Of a DNA stretch of 64,000 bases, positions 42,156 to 57,057 are shown one piece after another. The DNA lies in assembly GCF_009914755.1 (NCBI RefSeq), contig NC_060934.1. The stretch is one strand, 5' to 3'. The position numbers and the translations under genes are program-made. The first letter of the stretch is position 1. The number at the start of each line of letters is the position of its first letter. The notes under the pieces were generated by a model. It was not told the origin of the DNA. It did no database searches and worked only from the letters and a program-made list of their open reading frames with translations. The DNA is from the human T2T-CHM13v2.0 reference genome, Homo sapiens.

Positions 42156-44457
42156 TGTAACCTTACCAAGGCAAGCTCTCACAAAACTAGCCATGAGGTT
42201 TGTTTCTCTTCAGTGCTCACCCCTCCAATTTCCACTGGTTGCTTCCCTTCCTTTTCAGTACCTCACTCAGCACACACTATCTTCCCACTGCACCCTGGCT
42301 TTTTCCCCTTCTTAACCCTACTAGATGAGAAGGGACACCTGTCCTTGGGACTATTTCAATTTCCTAGTCCAACACACTCCCTCTATACCTAATTCCTTCA
42401 GAACCATGTTTATATCTAATATATAGTTAACCAACCAATCCATACACCCGTATTCCTGAATATTCTGCATTTAACAGCATTTTCCAGAGGAAACAGTCTT
42501 ACAAGAAAGCAATAATGATCAATGCACAAACATAAGGAGTGCCATCACCATCAATATGAAGAGTATTCCGCAGGACTGTGCAGTGTACACACAGCTAGAT
42601 GTGGTTTCCCTGCAAATGAGGCATAGCGGGAGTCTGTCCATGACAACAGGGAAACAATTTGAGTTGCCAGCAGTCATTTTGGCCTTCACCCAATGAAATG
42701 GCCATGGCAGCCACTCTGTCTGCATACAAGGCTGGATTGAAGAGTTAGTCAGCGGTGAGTTGTGCCTAAAGAGCTCACTGACACAGAACCACTGAGAGAA
42801 TGTGCATCCTCTCCTGGCAGGTCTTCTGAGGCCTTGAGATAATCATAGGTAAGACAGAAAGCTTCTTCCTGAAGCCATAGATGTTCCATTATTATCCTGA
42901 ATAGCAACCAAAACACTTCTTGAAAATACTAAACTACTAACACAGCTTTAAAAAAAGAAAAGGGAAAGAATCAACCTGCATGAGGACAAAAACAAAGATT
43001 GTCTATTTTTTCCAGACTAAAAAATAAAGCCTAGAAAGGAAATTTTCAAAAAAATGAATAAACAAACCAATTTCTCAGGAGAATTAGCTCTTTTAGTGCC
43101 AATAAATTGCACTTAGCTCATTCTATAAATAAATTTGTGTAAGACAATAGACTTTTTACATGTACAAAGAATCTCATTATTTCTTTTCAAAAGACATTTA
43201 GAAAGCACAATATTCAAAGAATAATAGGAAAAAAAACCAGTAACATAAATTTCAACACAGATGAAAACAAAACTGTTAGTTCTGATCTCTTTCAAGATAC
43301 TAGCCAAAATATTACCATCATCTGAGAAGCCAGTCTTATAGGATCGACAGATCCTTTCAATTTATTAAAACTAGGAAAAATATATTAGCTTTAGAACCCA
43401 ATAAGAGAGCCACATAGCATATCTGCGGTATTTAACAAAGAGTGCTTACACACCAACATTGAGATATCAGGTAAGTATCCAAGATCCAAAGGAAACAGTG
43501 AGACCCTCCAAGGCAAGAGTAACAAGAAATAACAGTAACATTAGTGATGAAAATAAAAATTAATACAAAGTAAAAAACATGAGTGCCTTAGCTTGATTCA
43601 GAAACTGTAGGAGCAGGGTGGAACTAAAGAAGATTTAAGGGGCTCATAATCTGCAGTGAGGCAGTAGCAGGTGATAGTTTGCCTTCTCAGAGTAACCAGG
43701 GCAAAGAGTGACATCTGAGATGGAGAATAAAGTCAGGCTCGTAGCCAAAATCCAGGACATGAGGGGGGGCTTCCCACCTCCTGAGGGGGGCCTCGAATCA
43801 ACTCTTGCTTAAGAAATTAATTTAAATAAAAACAAAAGGCCTATATAGGACAAACACAGCCTTGTTAGCAAGAATAAATTAAGCCACTCAGTAGATCTGC
43901 AATATCTTTAATATCAGCTAGGGCAGGGATACAAAATGTCATAGAAAAGCCTGGTTTCCAAGCTGGTGGCTTGAAGATGCCAGTGAGGGAAAAGGCAAGA
44001 CTCTTAGACAGAGAGAGTACACAGGAAAGAAGGAGGGAGAGAGAGCAAAAAATAATAATAATAATAATAATAACAACAAAATCTGCCTTAAGATGAGACT
44101 GCCTAATCTCAGGAAGATGCACTATTTTAGCTAGTACTAAAAAGCTGACAATATCAGCAACTTAAATGTAAATTTGCCCCAGATGAAATCAATGTCTAAA
44201 ATTAAAGTATCACAAAGACTTTGAAATAGAATAAATTAAGAAATAATATATTAAATCAGAAGAAATTATCATTAATATAAAATATTACAATGCAGAAATA
44301 AATCTAGCCCATAAACAAACAGATAATTAAGATAATTGGTAAAAGAGAGAGAGAGGAAAAAATAACTGCACCCCAGAAATAAAATAGATATGCTTTGAAA
44401 GACTACACGAGACTCTTACAAATATTGAATATGTAAAAGGTCACAAACGAAATCTCA

Positions 44458-45387
44458 ATGGGTTTTAAAAGGAAAATGATGTATGGTGTTATCATCTACA
44501 ACCTTCTGATCTTTGACAAACCTGATGCAAACAAGCAATGGGGAAAGGATTCCCTGTTTAATAAATGGTGTTGGGAAAACTGGCTAGCCATATGCAGAAA
44601 ACTGAAACGGGACCCCTTCCTTACAACTTATACAAAAATTAACTCAAGACGGATTAAAGACTTAAACGTAAAAGAGAAAACCATAAAAATCCTAGAAGAA
44701 AACATAGGCAATACCATTCAGGACACAGGCATGGACAAACATTTCATGTCTAAAACACCAAAAGCAATGGCAACAAAAGCCAAAATTGACAAATGGGATC
44801 TAATTAAAATAAAGAGCTTCCACATAGCAAAAGGAACTGTCATCAGAGTGAACAGACAACCTACAGAATGGGAGAAAATTTTTGCTATCTATCCATGTGA
44901 CAAAGGGCTAATATCGAGAATCTACAAAGAACTTAAACACATTTGCAAGAAAAAAACAAACAACCCCATCAAAAAGTGGGCAAAGGATATGAACAAACAC
45001 TTCTCAAAAGAAGACATTTATGGAGCCAATAAACATATGATAAAAAGCTCATCTTCACTGGTCATTAGAGAAATGCAGATCAAAACCACAATGAGATACA
45101 ATCTCATGCCAGTTAGAATGGTGATCATTAAAAAGTCAGGAAACAACAGATGCTGGAGAGGATGTGGAGAAACAGGAACACTTTTACACTATTGGTTGAA
45201 GTGTAAATTAGTTCAAACATTGTGGAAGACAGTGTGGAGATTCCTGAAGGATCTACAACTAGAAATACCATTTGACCCAGCAACCCCATTACTGGATATA
45301 CACCCAAAGGATTATAAATCATTCTACAATAAAGACACATGCACACATATGTTTATTGAGGCACTATTCACAATAACAAAGACTTGA
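44458..45387 (+). pseudogene. L1 ORF2p C-terminal remnant (309-aa open frame including the Cys-rich domain)
   Basis: [23 protein letters not shown]...[13 protein letters not shown] matches L1 ORF2p; lacks EN/RT and a promoter. Confidence 0.9.
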
Positions 45388-45855
45388 AACCAACCCAAAT
45401 GTCCATCAATGATAGACTGGATAAAGAAAATGTGGCACATATACACCATGGAATACTATGCAGCCATAAAAAAGGATGAGTTCAGGTCCTTTGCAGGGAC
45501 ATGGGTGAAGCTGGAAACCATCATATTCAGCAAACTATCACAAGAACAGAAAACCAAATACCACATGTTCTCATTAATAAATGGGAGTTGAACTATGAGA
45601 ACACATGGACACAGGGAGGAGAACATCACACCCCGGGGCCTGTTGGGGGTTGGGAGGCAGGGGGAGGGATAGCATTAAGAGAAATACCTAATGAAGGTGA
45701 TAGGTTGATGGGTGCAGCAAACCACCACGGCACGTGTATACCTATGTAACAAAACTGCACGTTCTGCACATGTACCCCAGAACTTCAAGTATAATAATAA
45801 TAAAAAAAGAAATACTGAAAAAATCAAAAATAAATAAAATACATAAAATGAAAAT
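44493..45855 (+). mobile_element. L1PA (PA7-like) 5'-truncated 3' end, inserted in an older L1M
   Basis: ORF2 C-terminus, 3'UTR G-tract and A-rich tail. Confidence 0.95.
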
Positions 45856-46029
45856 AAGTATAATATCGACCACATTATCTTACTAAAATACAATTAAATT
45901 AGAAATCAGCAATAAGAAAATTTAAACAAAGACAGCTGAAAATTTTTAAACTCAATCACAATGTACTATAGAAAATAATAAAATTCTGCATGTCAATACT
46001 TGTGAGTTACAGTTCCTAGAAATATTTGT

Positions 46030-48620
46030 TTCTGCTTAGAATGTAGAATATTTCAAAAGACCATCACCTCTACTCAACAATCAAAACAAACTGGATAAGT
46101 TACAAAAATCAGAGTTGTTTTAAACTTTTCAGATTGCTGAAGATTCACCCACAATAAAAATAATCTAAACGAAATAAATTCCAGAAACATGGCCCCAGGT
46201 AGAAGAGAAGAGACCTATAGCTGTTATCATCCAAAGGGTCAGCAGAAAGAAGAGGAATTTCCCTTAGTTGGGGATCAAGAGAAACCAGATGAGCTTTTAA
46301 CAGATTTTTAACAGTCACTTATGTGCTAGTATGATCGATAGGAATAACCAGGAGGTCAATCAAGCCCAGGAATGAGTCTTCACCCACTGACCTTCACTGA
46401 GTGCCTGGGGTAGAGATGAAGGATGGAGCCAGACAGTACTGCTGAGAGAGAACCCTCGGAGGCACACTGGGCCTTCTCCCAGTACAAGGAGGTCGCTCCT
46501 GTAGGCTGAGGTTGAACAGAAACGCTGCTAGATCTCTCTCGAGGTACATGGAGCCCTCTCAAAATGCATGGCAACCCACAGAGTGTGTGCAGGGCAGGAG
46601 AACTGAAAAAATCTGCTCAAACAGAAGCAGGTTTTCTCTGAGTATAAGGCAGCAGCTGCTACCAGCTGGGGGTAGAGCAAGAAAGTAGAGGGAGATCACC
46701 CCGTGGCATCACAGGCCTTCCGCAAGTGAACTTCAGGGGTCCTCGAAAGGCTGGGGGCAAGGAAGTGTGGGAGAGAAAGAGAGATTTCCAGAGGCATAGA
46801 CAAAAGGGCTGGAGAGGAGGGATTACTCCCTAACAACCCAAGAAACTGGCAGACAACATAGAGGGCAAAGAAACGTCCACAGCTCAGCAAGCCAGCACCT
46901 GGACTGTATAACGAAAAGACACGGAATTCCACAGTTTCACAAGTACTCAGATCCCAATCTGAAGGGGAAGTACTGTCCTCACCTTCAAACTATTTAAAAA
47001 CAGTGGTAAACTGAACTAAATTAAAACTGTAACGAAGCCCAGATCCAGCTGAACTATAGATAGGATTAGTTCAGCCCCTACACTAGTAGCCTGGCAGAAG
47101 GATTGCACCTTATTCCAGAAGTAAATATTATTTACTTCTGACTCTCCTGATTTTGCCTACAATCTGGCATAAAATCAAAAGAAATGAAATATACGTGGAA
47201 GTAAGAAAATGTTAACCCTAGTTTAAAAGATAGAAGTCAATAGATGCAAACTCAAATATAGCACAGATATTAGAATTATAAGACTGAGGCTTTAAAATCA
47301 CTGTAATAAATATGTGTACAACATACTGGGGTTTCAGCAGCAATATCAAAATCATCTTTTAAAAGGCAAAAAAAAAAAGAGTTACTAGGAGCACAATATG
47401 TTAAAAATGAAGAATCCATCAAATGTACTTATTAGCACATTGGATGCAGTAGAAAAAAGGATAATAGAATTTGAACACAGTCAATAGAATTATCAAAACT
47501 GAAATGCAAACAGAAAATTGAGCAAAAAAATTGAACAAAGCATCCAAGATCTCTAGAACAGTATCAAATGATCTTACATTCTGTAATTAGCATTCCAGAA
47601 GGAAGAGAAGAAATGAGACAGATGAAAATGCTCAGAGTTAATTGCCAAGAATGTCCCAAAATGTATTGATGATATCAACGCATGAATTCAAGAAGCTCTG
47701 AAAACTCCAAGCAGAATGAACACAAAGAAAACCACATTTAAGCATATCACACTCAAATTGCTGAAAACCATAAAGAAAGAAAAAAAATCTTAAAAGCAGT
47801 CAAATGGAAAACAAATCAGATTATGTAGAGTTTTTTTAATGGCTAAAAATATATCTGACTTCTCATTAGATACAATGGATGCTAGAAGTTAAGATATGAC
47901 ATTTTTAACATCCTGAAAAGGAAAAAAAACCTTTCACACTAGAATCTTCTATTTAGTGATTTTATTCTTTAAAAATGAAAGTGAAATAAAGACACTTTCT
48001 GGCTGATGAAAGCATAGTTTTCCTTCAGTAAACATTATAAAAAATGCTAAAATAAGTAAATTGCGTTAAAATGATCAGATGTTCCTTAGATCATCTGGGA
48101 AGATAAAATGTTCCTTAGAACATTTGGGAAGAAAGTAAAATCATGAATTAATAATAGCCTTTGATAAGCTAAGAATTTACATTATGACATATAGTGTAAT
48201 CACTAAGACTAGAATAAAAAAGTATAAAACCTCCCAAATGTTAAAGGGAAAATGAAATAATGAAAAAACACTGACTTCAAAACAAAGGAAAAAGGAAAAT
48301 AAAGGACAAGAACAATCTAAACAAAGCAGTAGAGTGGTATATTTAAATTCTAACATATCAGTAATCATTTTACATACAAATCAACTTAATAATCCAAGTA
48401 AAACATAAAATGAAAAATTAGATAACAAAGAACAAAACCCTAATACATGTGGTCTGAGATAGATTTGCCTAAAACAAGAAAAGTTGAAAATAAAGGATGA
48501 AAACGTATATTCCATCCCCAAGCTACCAAGAAGAAAGTTGGAAAATCTGTATTATCAGACAAAGTAGACTTTAATAAGTATTACTAGAGATGAAAGGCGA
48601 CACTACACAGTAACAAAATA
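46030..48620 (+). mobile_element. Old L1M 5'UTR, ORF1 and ORF2 start
   Basis: ORF1-like motifs (gaattcaagaagctctgaaaactccaagcag, aaattgctgaaaacc) and ORF2 EN start (tattatcagacaaagtagacttt). Confidence 0.7.
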
Positions 48621-49091
48621 TTGAAATACTTTCTGCATTCACCCAAACTTGAAACTACTTACTGAATTGCTTTGAAATCCATTTACGGCTTGGAGCTCTC
48701 CCAAGGACAGCCTTCCCCATTTCAAAAACTTGAACAAAAGTTCCACAATAACATCAAATATCCACCTAGTGTTCATATTTCTCTAAATACTCAAAATTAT
48801 TTTAAAAAATTGGCTTATTTTGATAGGAACAAAAGTCCCCAATTTGGCTGATTGTGGTATCTCTAAACTGCCTTCAATATATTGCTTCCTTTTTCTCTTT
48901 ACTTTTCTACTTTCATTTTATTTATTAAGGATACAAGGCTGTTTGTTCTATAGAAATCCCTCATTCTAGATATTGCTGATTGCCATGATGCTGTGTAACA
49001 TATTCCTCTGTCCTGAATTTCCTGTAAACCTTTGATTTAATTTGAAAGCTTATATGAATCAGGTTAAAATTTTTGGCGAGAATATTTCATA

Positions 49092-49329
49092 CTAAGAACA
49101 CGTGCACACAGGGGAATCAACTCATACTAGTAGGGGCCTGTCAGAGGGCAGGGGTTGGAGGGAGAGAGAGGATCAGGAAGAACAGCTAATGGGTGCTGGG
49201 CTTAATACCTGGGTGATGGGATGATTTGTGCAGCAAACCACCATGGCACACGTTTACCCATGGAACACACCTGCACATCCTGCACATGTACCCCAGAACT
49301 TAAAACAGAAGTTGGAAATAAAATAAAAA
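49092..49329 (+). mobile_element. Short L1PA (PA13-16-like) 3' end
   Basis: L1PA 3'UTR with A-tail; TSD agaatatttcata / agaatctttcata. Confidence 0.88.
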
Positions 49330-50297
49330 AGAATCTTTCATAGATGATTATATGAATTATACCAGGAAAACCACATTATATTACCTGATTGGTCTCTTTG
49401 TGATAGTATCAGGGCTGATGATCTTTGTCAAGGTCCATTATTTCATTAGGAGGTTGTAAAATGGTGATATTTTAATAACATTTGATGCTAGTTTTGTCCC
49501 AATTGCACAAATAAATTGCCTGTCTATGGGGTACTGATTAGAATACATCAAAGTATTATGTTCCTAAAAGGAATGCTGTATATCCCCCTTCTCAGTTAAT
49601 TTGAGTGTTTAGTGTGTTACTGGAGGGTCTCCTAAATCCTGAAGACATGGCAAAGAACAAGAGTCTAAGGTTCCTGCTATCATGATCATGGCACTCTAAT
49701 GAGGAAAAAAGACAATAAATCAGAAAATAAATAAACAAGCTAATTTCTGATTATCTTAAGCAGAGTGAGAAAAATTGACTAGGTGAAGTGAGAGTGACCA
49801 ACACAAGAGTGGTCTTTAAGAAAAGTGGTCCTGTCTTCTCTACTATCTTCTCTGACAATGTACTAATCTCCAAAAGCCTGTATGTAAGACTACGGGTACA
49901 GAATGGAAAATATGCTCTTGGTACAGAAAGAAGCCATATAAAAATGAAGTGATCAGTTCAGTTATAGAATTAAAAAAAGGAAGAAGGAGTTTCTTAATAC
50001 CTTATCTCTTAAATTTTTCCTGATATTTATTATCAGAGCATTTTTTAAGAATAGTAATTTTCTAATTCATCTTTTTGAAACTCCTGAATCCATCCTGATT
50101 TTAAAATACTGAAATGTACAGAAGTGATGGTTTGGTCAATTACAATCTTCCCATCTGGGTAATTAGAGCAAAGTACTTTGAAAAATTGAGAATAAGCTTT
50201 TAAAAATCAAATTTATTTTTTTTCTTATGGACAAATCTTGTGATAAGAGACTAACTCCCAAAAGAGGAAATGTTGTCTTCCTTATTCTCCCTACTTT

Positions 50298-50618
<321 letters not shown>

Positions 50619-50889
50619 TGAATCCCATTTCCTTCAAGGATCCATTCTTAGAAAATAGGAGAGGAAACAAAAAAAGGCATGGTTGGAAGGTTCTGGGACT
50701 TAAGATGCATGCCATGTCCTCTACTTGAAAAGGAATGGGAAAATGTCCCTCTGTCTTTTCGCTTCATGCTCCATTGGTAATTTTGGAAGAAGATACTTCT
50801 CTTTTCATGCTCGGAAGATAGAATTCCTCAGTTACTGCCAGATTAAAGATTAAAATTATCTGTTTATTTTGAGTTTATATAAGAAGAGT

Positions 50890-51100
50890 CTAGGTTAGGG
50901 CATAGATTTTAGCATCAAAGTCCTGGTTCAAATTCCTTATGTTCTGCGTAAGCTTGTGTGTGACCTCAGACAAGTCATTCAATCCCCTTAATCTGTTTCA
51001 TCATCTATGAAATGGAGGGGACACTTAAGTCTCATACTTGGGTTTCTTCTGAGAATTAAATGTAAAGCAGGCAGAACAGTGCCGGGCACATCTGGGAGCT
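50890..51100 (+). mobile_element. MIR
   Basis: cctggttcaaattcc...gtgtgacctcagacaagtcattc...tcatctatgaaatgg. Confidence 0.75.
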
Positions 51101-51111
51101 ATTACTTTTAC

Positions 51112-51207
51112 CATCCCAGGATGACAAGGACCACACCCACTCCCCTGAGGAGGAAGTGCTGTTGACTACACAGAACTTCTGGACTACACTTTCCAGAATT
51201 CCAAAAG
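51112..51207 (-). other. Candidate 96-nt symmetric exon (open frame AFGILESVVQKFCVVNSTSSSGEWVWSLSSWD)
   Basis: tacttccttatag|CTTTTG...GGGATG|gtaaaa. Confidence 0.2.
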
Positions 51208-52914
51208 CTATAAGGAAGTACTTCCAACTATGGGAAGTAGTGAAGGGATTTCATCCAGCCTTTTCTATATAAGTCACATAAATCATAACACAGAATTTCA
51301 ATTTTTAAAAACTCTTTTCATAAAAATCAAAGTAATTTCATTAGAAACACCTAAGATTTATATACAAAATGGTATGTGGAGGGGGTCTAATAAGGACTGG
51401 GAATTCTGTTTTCTGTCTTTCTTACCAGAGAACAAAATACTGATTGATTCTCATTTTACTGATACTAAAACTTTTCCTACAGTATATTGTATTGAGAGAC
51501 GTGCTTAAAACTCATCATCAGCTTGATTTCCTTCCTCCTTGACATAGTTTAATACAATTTGTTCAAGTCACATGCAGAATTTGAGCCCTCAAATTCACAC
51601 TTAAATCTCACAGCACCAGAAGGAGCCAGAGATAAAACTGAAGTGTTTTCGTGTTATCAAGATTCCACTGAAGAGGAAACAGAGCACAAAGATGGAAAGA
51701 AAACATTCATGTGCTTCAGTAAAGGTTATTCCTGCTGAAGAGGTGAGATGTATTTCCTGCTTCAATGAGTCAGATAAAATTCACCATTCTTAATGGAGAT
51801 GAACTGGCTTGAAAAATATTTGCTTAAACAAACCATGTCCTTGCATGGTCCTTTGCAGCTTTCTTTTAAATAACATTCCTCTTAGATGCAAAGTTCAGCA
51901 TCCATATTCAGTCCAATTGTCAGACCTTTATAGAAAGATTATATAACTGCCTGTGGTAAGAGAGAAAATTTGGAATATTCCACATTGACCTGCCACCCTT
52001 TCTAGGCTATGTCAAAATAAACATATAGAATGCAAAGGCTACACACCTTAGGTAACATGTGTGAGAAAATTGAATTTAATTCTATCAAAGGAATAGAAAA
52101 ACTTTTTATAAGCATGCAATGAATAAGAGGCGTGTAAAGGAGGGGGATTTACTATCCTAATTTGTATAAGATGTCTTTGAGACACAGAGACATAACATTG
52201 ACCACATTTCTGTAACATAAGGGAATGCATGAAATAGAATTAAGTTTTCTCAATCTATAGTCTTCTAATATTCACTCTGGATCATAGAACCTGGAAAGCT
52301 CAAGCTCTCATTTTCAGGTGCAGTCTAGCATTTTGTAAAGATTAGACCATGATTAGTACTATCATTTACAAAATACAATTTTGGAATATGCATGTAGACA
52401 TATACACAAAATATCTGTGGTTGTCTCTGAATGGGAAAATATCAAATATACCAAAAAGAGAACTGAATTTTATTTGCACTCAAGTATCTGATCAGTTGAC
52501 TTTAACTCTGAACCCTAATTATACTTTTCTTTAAAATTAAGCATGCTCTTCAACAACTAATGGGTCAATAGGAATATTAAAAATTTTCTTAAGACAAATG
52601 AGAATGGAAAAATATCATATCAAAACCTATAGGACACAGCAAAAGCAGTTCTTAGAGGAATGTTCATAGCAATAAATGCCTATATCACAAAAGAAAAGTT
52701 TCTAATAACCTAACAATGTACCTCAAGAATCTAGACAAACAAAAACAAACTAACCCAAAATTGGTAGAAGAAAGGAAATAATAAAGCTCAGAGCAGAAAT
52801 AAATGAAATAGAGACTTAAAAAATTCAAAAGAATCAACAAAAGAGTTGTTTGTTTGAAAATATAAACAAAATTGACAAACCTTTAGCTAGACTAAGAAAA
52901 AAAGAGAAAATACA

Positions 52915-53288
<374 letters not shown>

Positions 53289-55662
53289 TCATAAGAGACT
53301 ATTATGAACAACTATATGCCAACAAATTTGAGAACATAGAAGAAATAAATAATTTACTGGACACATACAACCTACCAAGATTAAATTATAAAGAAATATA
53401 AAATCTGAACAGGCCAGTAACAAGTGAGGAAATTGAAAAGGCAATACAAAGTCTTCCATCAAAGAAAATCTCTGGACCTGATGGTTTCAGTGCAAAATTC
53501 TACCAAACATTTAAAGAACAAACATCAATTCTCCTCAAACAGTTCCAGAAAATTGAGGAGGAGGGAGTACTTCTAAACTCATTTTATGAGGCCAGCATTA
53601 CCCTGTTTCCAAAACCAGACAAGAACACAGCAAAAAAATAAAACTACAGGTAGTGAACATAGATTTAAAAATTCTCAACAAGATACTAGCAAACCAAATC
53701 CAACAGCACACTAAAAAGATCATTCACCACGATCAAGTGGAATTCATCCCAGAGATACAAGAATGATGTAGCATATGCAGATCAACAAATTGTGTAATAA
53801 TATATCACATTAACAAAAGGAAAGATAAAAACCATATGATCATTTCAATAGATACAGAAAAAGCACTTGACAAAAGTCAATATACCTTTATGATATAACT
53901 CTCAAAAAGTGCTTACAGATGGTATGTATCTCAACACAATAAAGGCCATTTATGACAACTCCACAGCTAACATCATAGTGAACAAGAAACAAGACAAGGA
54001 TCCCCTCTTTCACTACTCTGTTGAACAAAGTCCTGGAAGTCTTAGCCAGGGCAATTAGACAACAGAAAGAAATAAAAAGTATCGAAATTGGAAAGGAGGA
54101 AGTCAAATTGTTCCTGTTTGTAGAAATGGCATGACCTTATATATAGAAATCCCTAAAGACTTCACCAAAAATACTGTTAAAACTAATAAACAAATTCAGT
54201 AAAGTTGTAGCATACAAAGTTAACATGCAAAAATCAGTAGCATTTCTCTACGCTAATAGTGACCTACCTGAAAAAGAAGTCAAGAAAACAATTAAATTCA
54301 CAATAGCTACGAATGCATACAAATAACATACCTAGGAATAAACTTAACCAAGGAGGTAAAAGATCTCTATGCTGAAAACTATAAAACTTTGATAAAACAA
54401 TTAAAGAGGATACGAATAAATGAAGAGACATTCCATGTTCATGGGTTGAAAGAATTAATCTTGTTAAAATGACCACACTACCCAAAGCAATCTACAGATT
54501 CAATGCAATTTCTATCGACATACCAATGACATTCTTCACAGAAATAGAAAAAACAATCCTAAAACTCATATGATACAACAAATATCCTGGATAGCCAAAG
54601 AAATCCTGAACAAAAATAACAAAGCTGGAGACATCACACTGCCTGACTTCAAAATATACTACAAAGCTATAGTAATCAATGCAGCATGGTACTGGCATAA
54701 AAACAGACACATAGAGCAATGGAACAGAATAGAGAGCTCAGAAATAAATTCACACACCTACAGGCAACTGATTTTCAACAAATGTGCCAAGAACACACAT
54801 TGGGAAAAATACAATGTCTTCCATAAGTGGAGCTGAAAAAATTGGATATCCACATACAGAAGAATGAGACCAGACCCCTATCTACCTCTCATCATACACA
54901 AAAATCTACTCAAAATGGATTAAATATTTAAATCTAAAATTTGAAACTATAAAACTACTAAAAAAAAACAGAAAACAACATTGGGCTGGGCAAGGATTTA
55001 AAATAAGACCTTAAAGACACAGACAACAAAAGCAAAAATAGACAAATGGGGTTACATAAAACTAAAAAGATTTTGCACCACAAAGGAAATTATTAACACA
55101 GTGAAGAGACAACCTACAGAATGGAAAAAAAACATTTACAAGGTATACATCTGACAAGGGGTTAATATCCAGAATATATAAGAAATTTAACATCAAAAAA
55201 AAAAAAAGTAGCCCAATTTAAAAATGGGTAAAAATCTTAATAGACAGTTCTCAAAAATAGACCTACAAATAGCCAACTGCTATATGAAAATGTGCTCAGC
55301 ATCACCAATCATCAGGACAATAAGATGAGATACCACATTACTCAAGTTACAATGGCTATTAGCCAAAAAACAAAATATAACAAGTGTTGGTAGGGATGTG
55401 GAGAAAAGGGAACACATACACTGTCAATGGGATTGTAAACCATCACAGCCATTACAGAAAGCAGTATGGCTCAAAAAATTAAAAATAGAACTACCATATG
55501 ATCCAGCAATCCCACTACAGTGTATATACCCAAAGGAAATGAAATCAGTATGTCAAGAAGATATTTGCATTCCCATGTTTATTGCAGCACTACTGATAAG
55601 AACCAAGATACGAATCAACCTAAGTGTACATTAACAGATGACTAAATTTTAAAAATGTGGTA

Positions 55663-56657
55663 AAGCAAAAGAAACTGTCATCAGAGCAAATGGACAACCT
55701 ACAGAATGGGAGAAAATTTTTGCAATCTATCCATCTGACAAAATTATAATATCCAGAATTTTCAAGGAACTTAAATTTACAAGAAAAAAACAAAACCCCA
55801 TTAAAAAGTGAGCAAAGGACATGAACGGAAACTTGTCAAAAGAAGACATTTATGTGGCCAACAAACATGAAAAAAAGCTCAACATTACTCATCATTAGAG
55901 AAATGCAAATCAAAATCACAATGAGATACCATCTTACGCCAGTCAGAATGATGATTAGTTAAAAGTCAAGAAACAACAGATGCTGGCGAGGCTGCAGAGA
56001 AAGAGGAATGATTTTACTCTGTTGATGAGAACGTAAATTAGTTCAATCATTGTGGAAGACAGTGGGAATTTTTCAAGGATCTAGAACCAGAAATACCATT
56101 TGATCCAGCAATCCAATTACTGGGTATATACCCAAAGGAATATAAATCATTCTGTTATAAAGATGATACACATGTATGTTTATTGCAGCACTATTCACAA
56201 TAGCAAAGACATGTGACATGGAATCAACCCAAATGTCCATCAATGATAGACTGGATAAAGAAAATGTGGTACATATACTCCGTGGAATATTATGCAGCCA
56301 TAAATAGGAATGAGGTCATGTCCTTAGCAGGGACATGGATGAAGCTGCAAGTCATCATCCTCAGCAAACTAACACAGGAACAGAAAACCAAACACTGCAT
56401 GTTCTCACTCATAAGTGGGAGGTGAACAATGAGAACACATGGACACAGGGAAGGGAACAAAACACACACTGGGGCCTGTCAGTTGGGGGAGGGGAGGGAG
56501 AGCATCAGGACAAATAGCTGATACATAAGGGCTTAATACCTAAGTGATGGCTTAATAGGTGCAGCAAACCACCATGGCGCATGTTTACCTATGTAACAAA
56601 CCTGCACATTCTGTACATGTATCCCAGAACTTAAAATAAAATTTAAATTAAAAAAAG
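55663..56657 (+). mobile_element. L1PA (PA8A/10-like) 3' end nested in L1MA
   Basis: Repeats the ORF2 C-terminus with a younger 3'UTR; TSD aaaatgtggta / aaaatgtggca. Confidence 0.9.
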
Positions 56658-56875
56658 AAAATGTGGCATATATACACAATGGAATATTATTCAGCCATAA
56701 AAAGAATGAAATCCCAATCAAGCAGAGTCCTATGGATGAAAGAAAAAATTAAGTAAGAATGAAATCCTGTTATTTGTGACAACATGGATGAACCTGAAGG
56801 ACATCAGGTTAGGTGAAATAAGCCAGACAGACAAAGAAAAATATCACATGATCTTATGTGGAATCTAAGAGGATA

Positions 56876-57057
56876 AAAAAAAGAATTAGCCAGGCGTGGT
56901 GGCTTGCACCTGTAGTCCCTGCTACTTGGGAGGCTAAGGCAGGAGGAACACTTGAGCCTGGGAGGTTTGAGACTGCAGTGAACTGTGATCGTGCCACTGC
57001 ACTCCAGCCTGGGTGACAGAATGAGACCATATCTCAAAAAAAAGAAAAGAAAAAGAA
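56876..57057 (+). mobile_element. Alu right monomer (FRAM or 5'-truncated AluJ)
   Basis: Right-arm sequence only, with A-rich tail. Confidence 0.88.

Noticed and set aside
44458-45387. Longest ORF (309 aa) as a protein-coding gene
   Set aside because: L1 ORF2 C-terminus from a 5'-truncated copy; the start codon comes from flanking DNA
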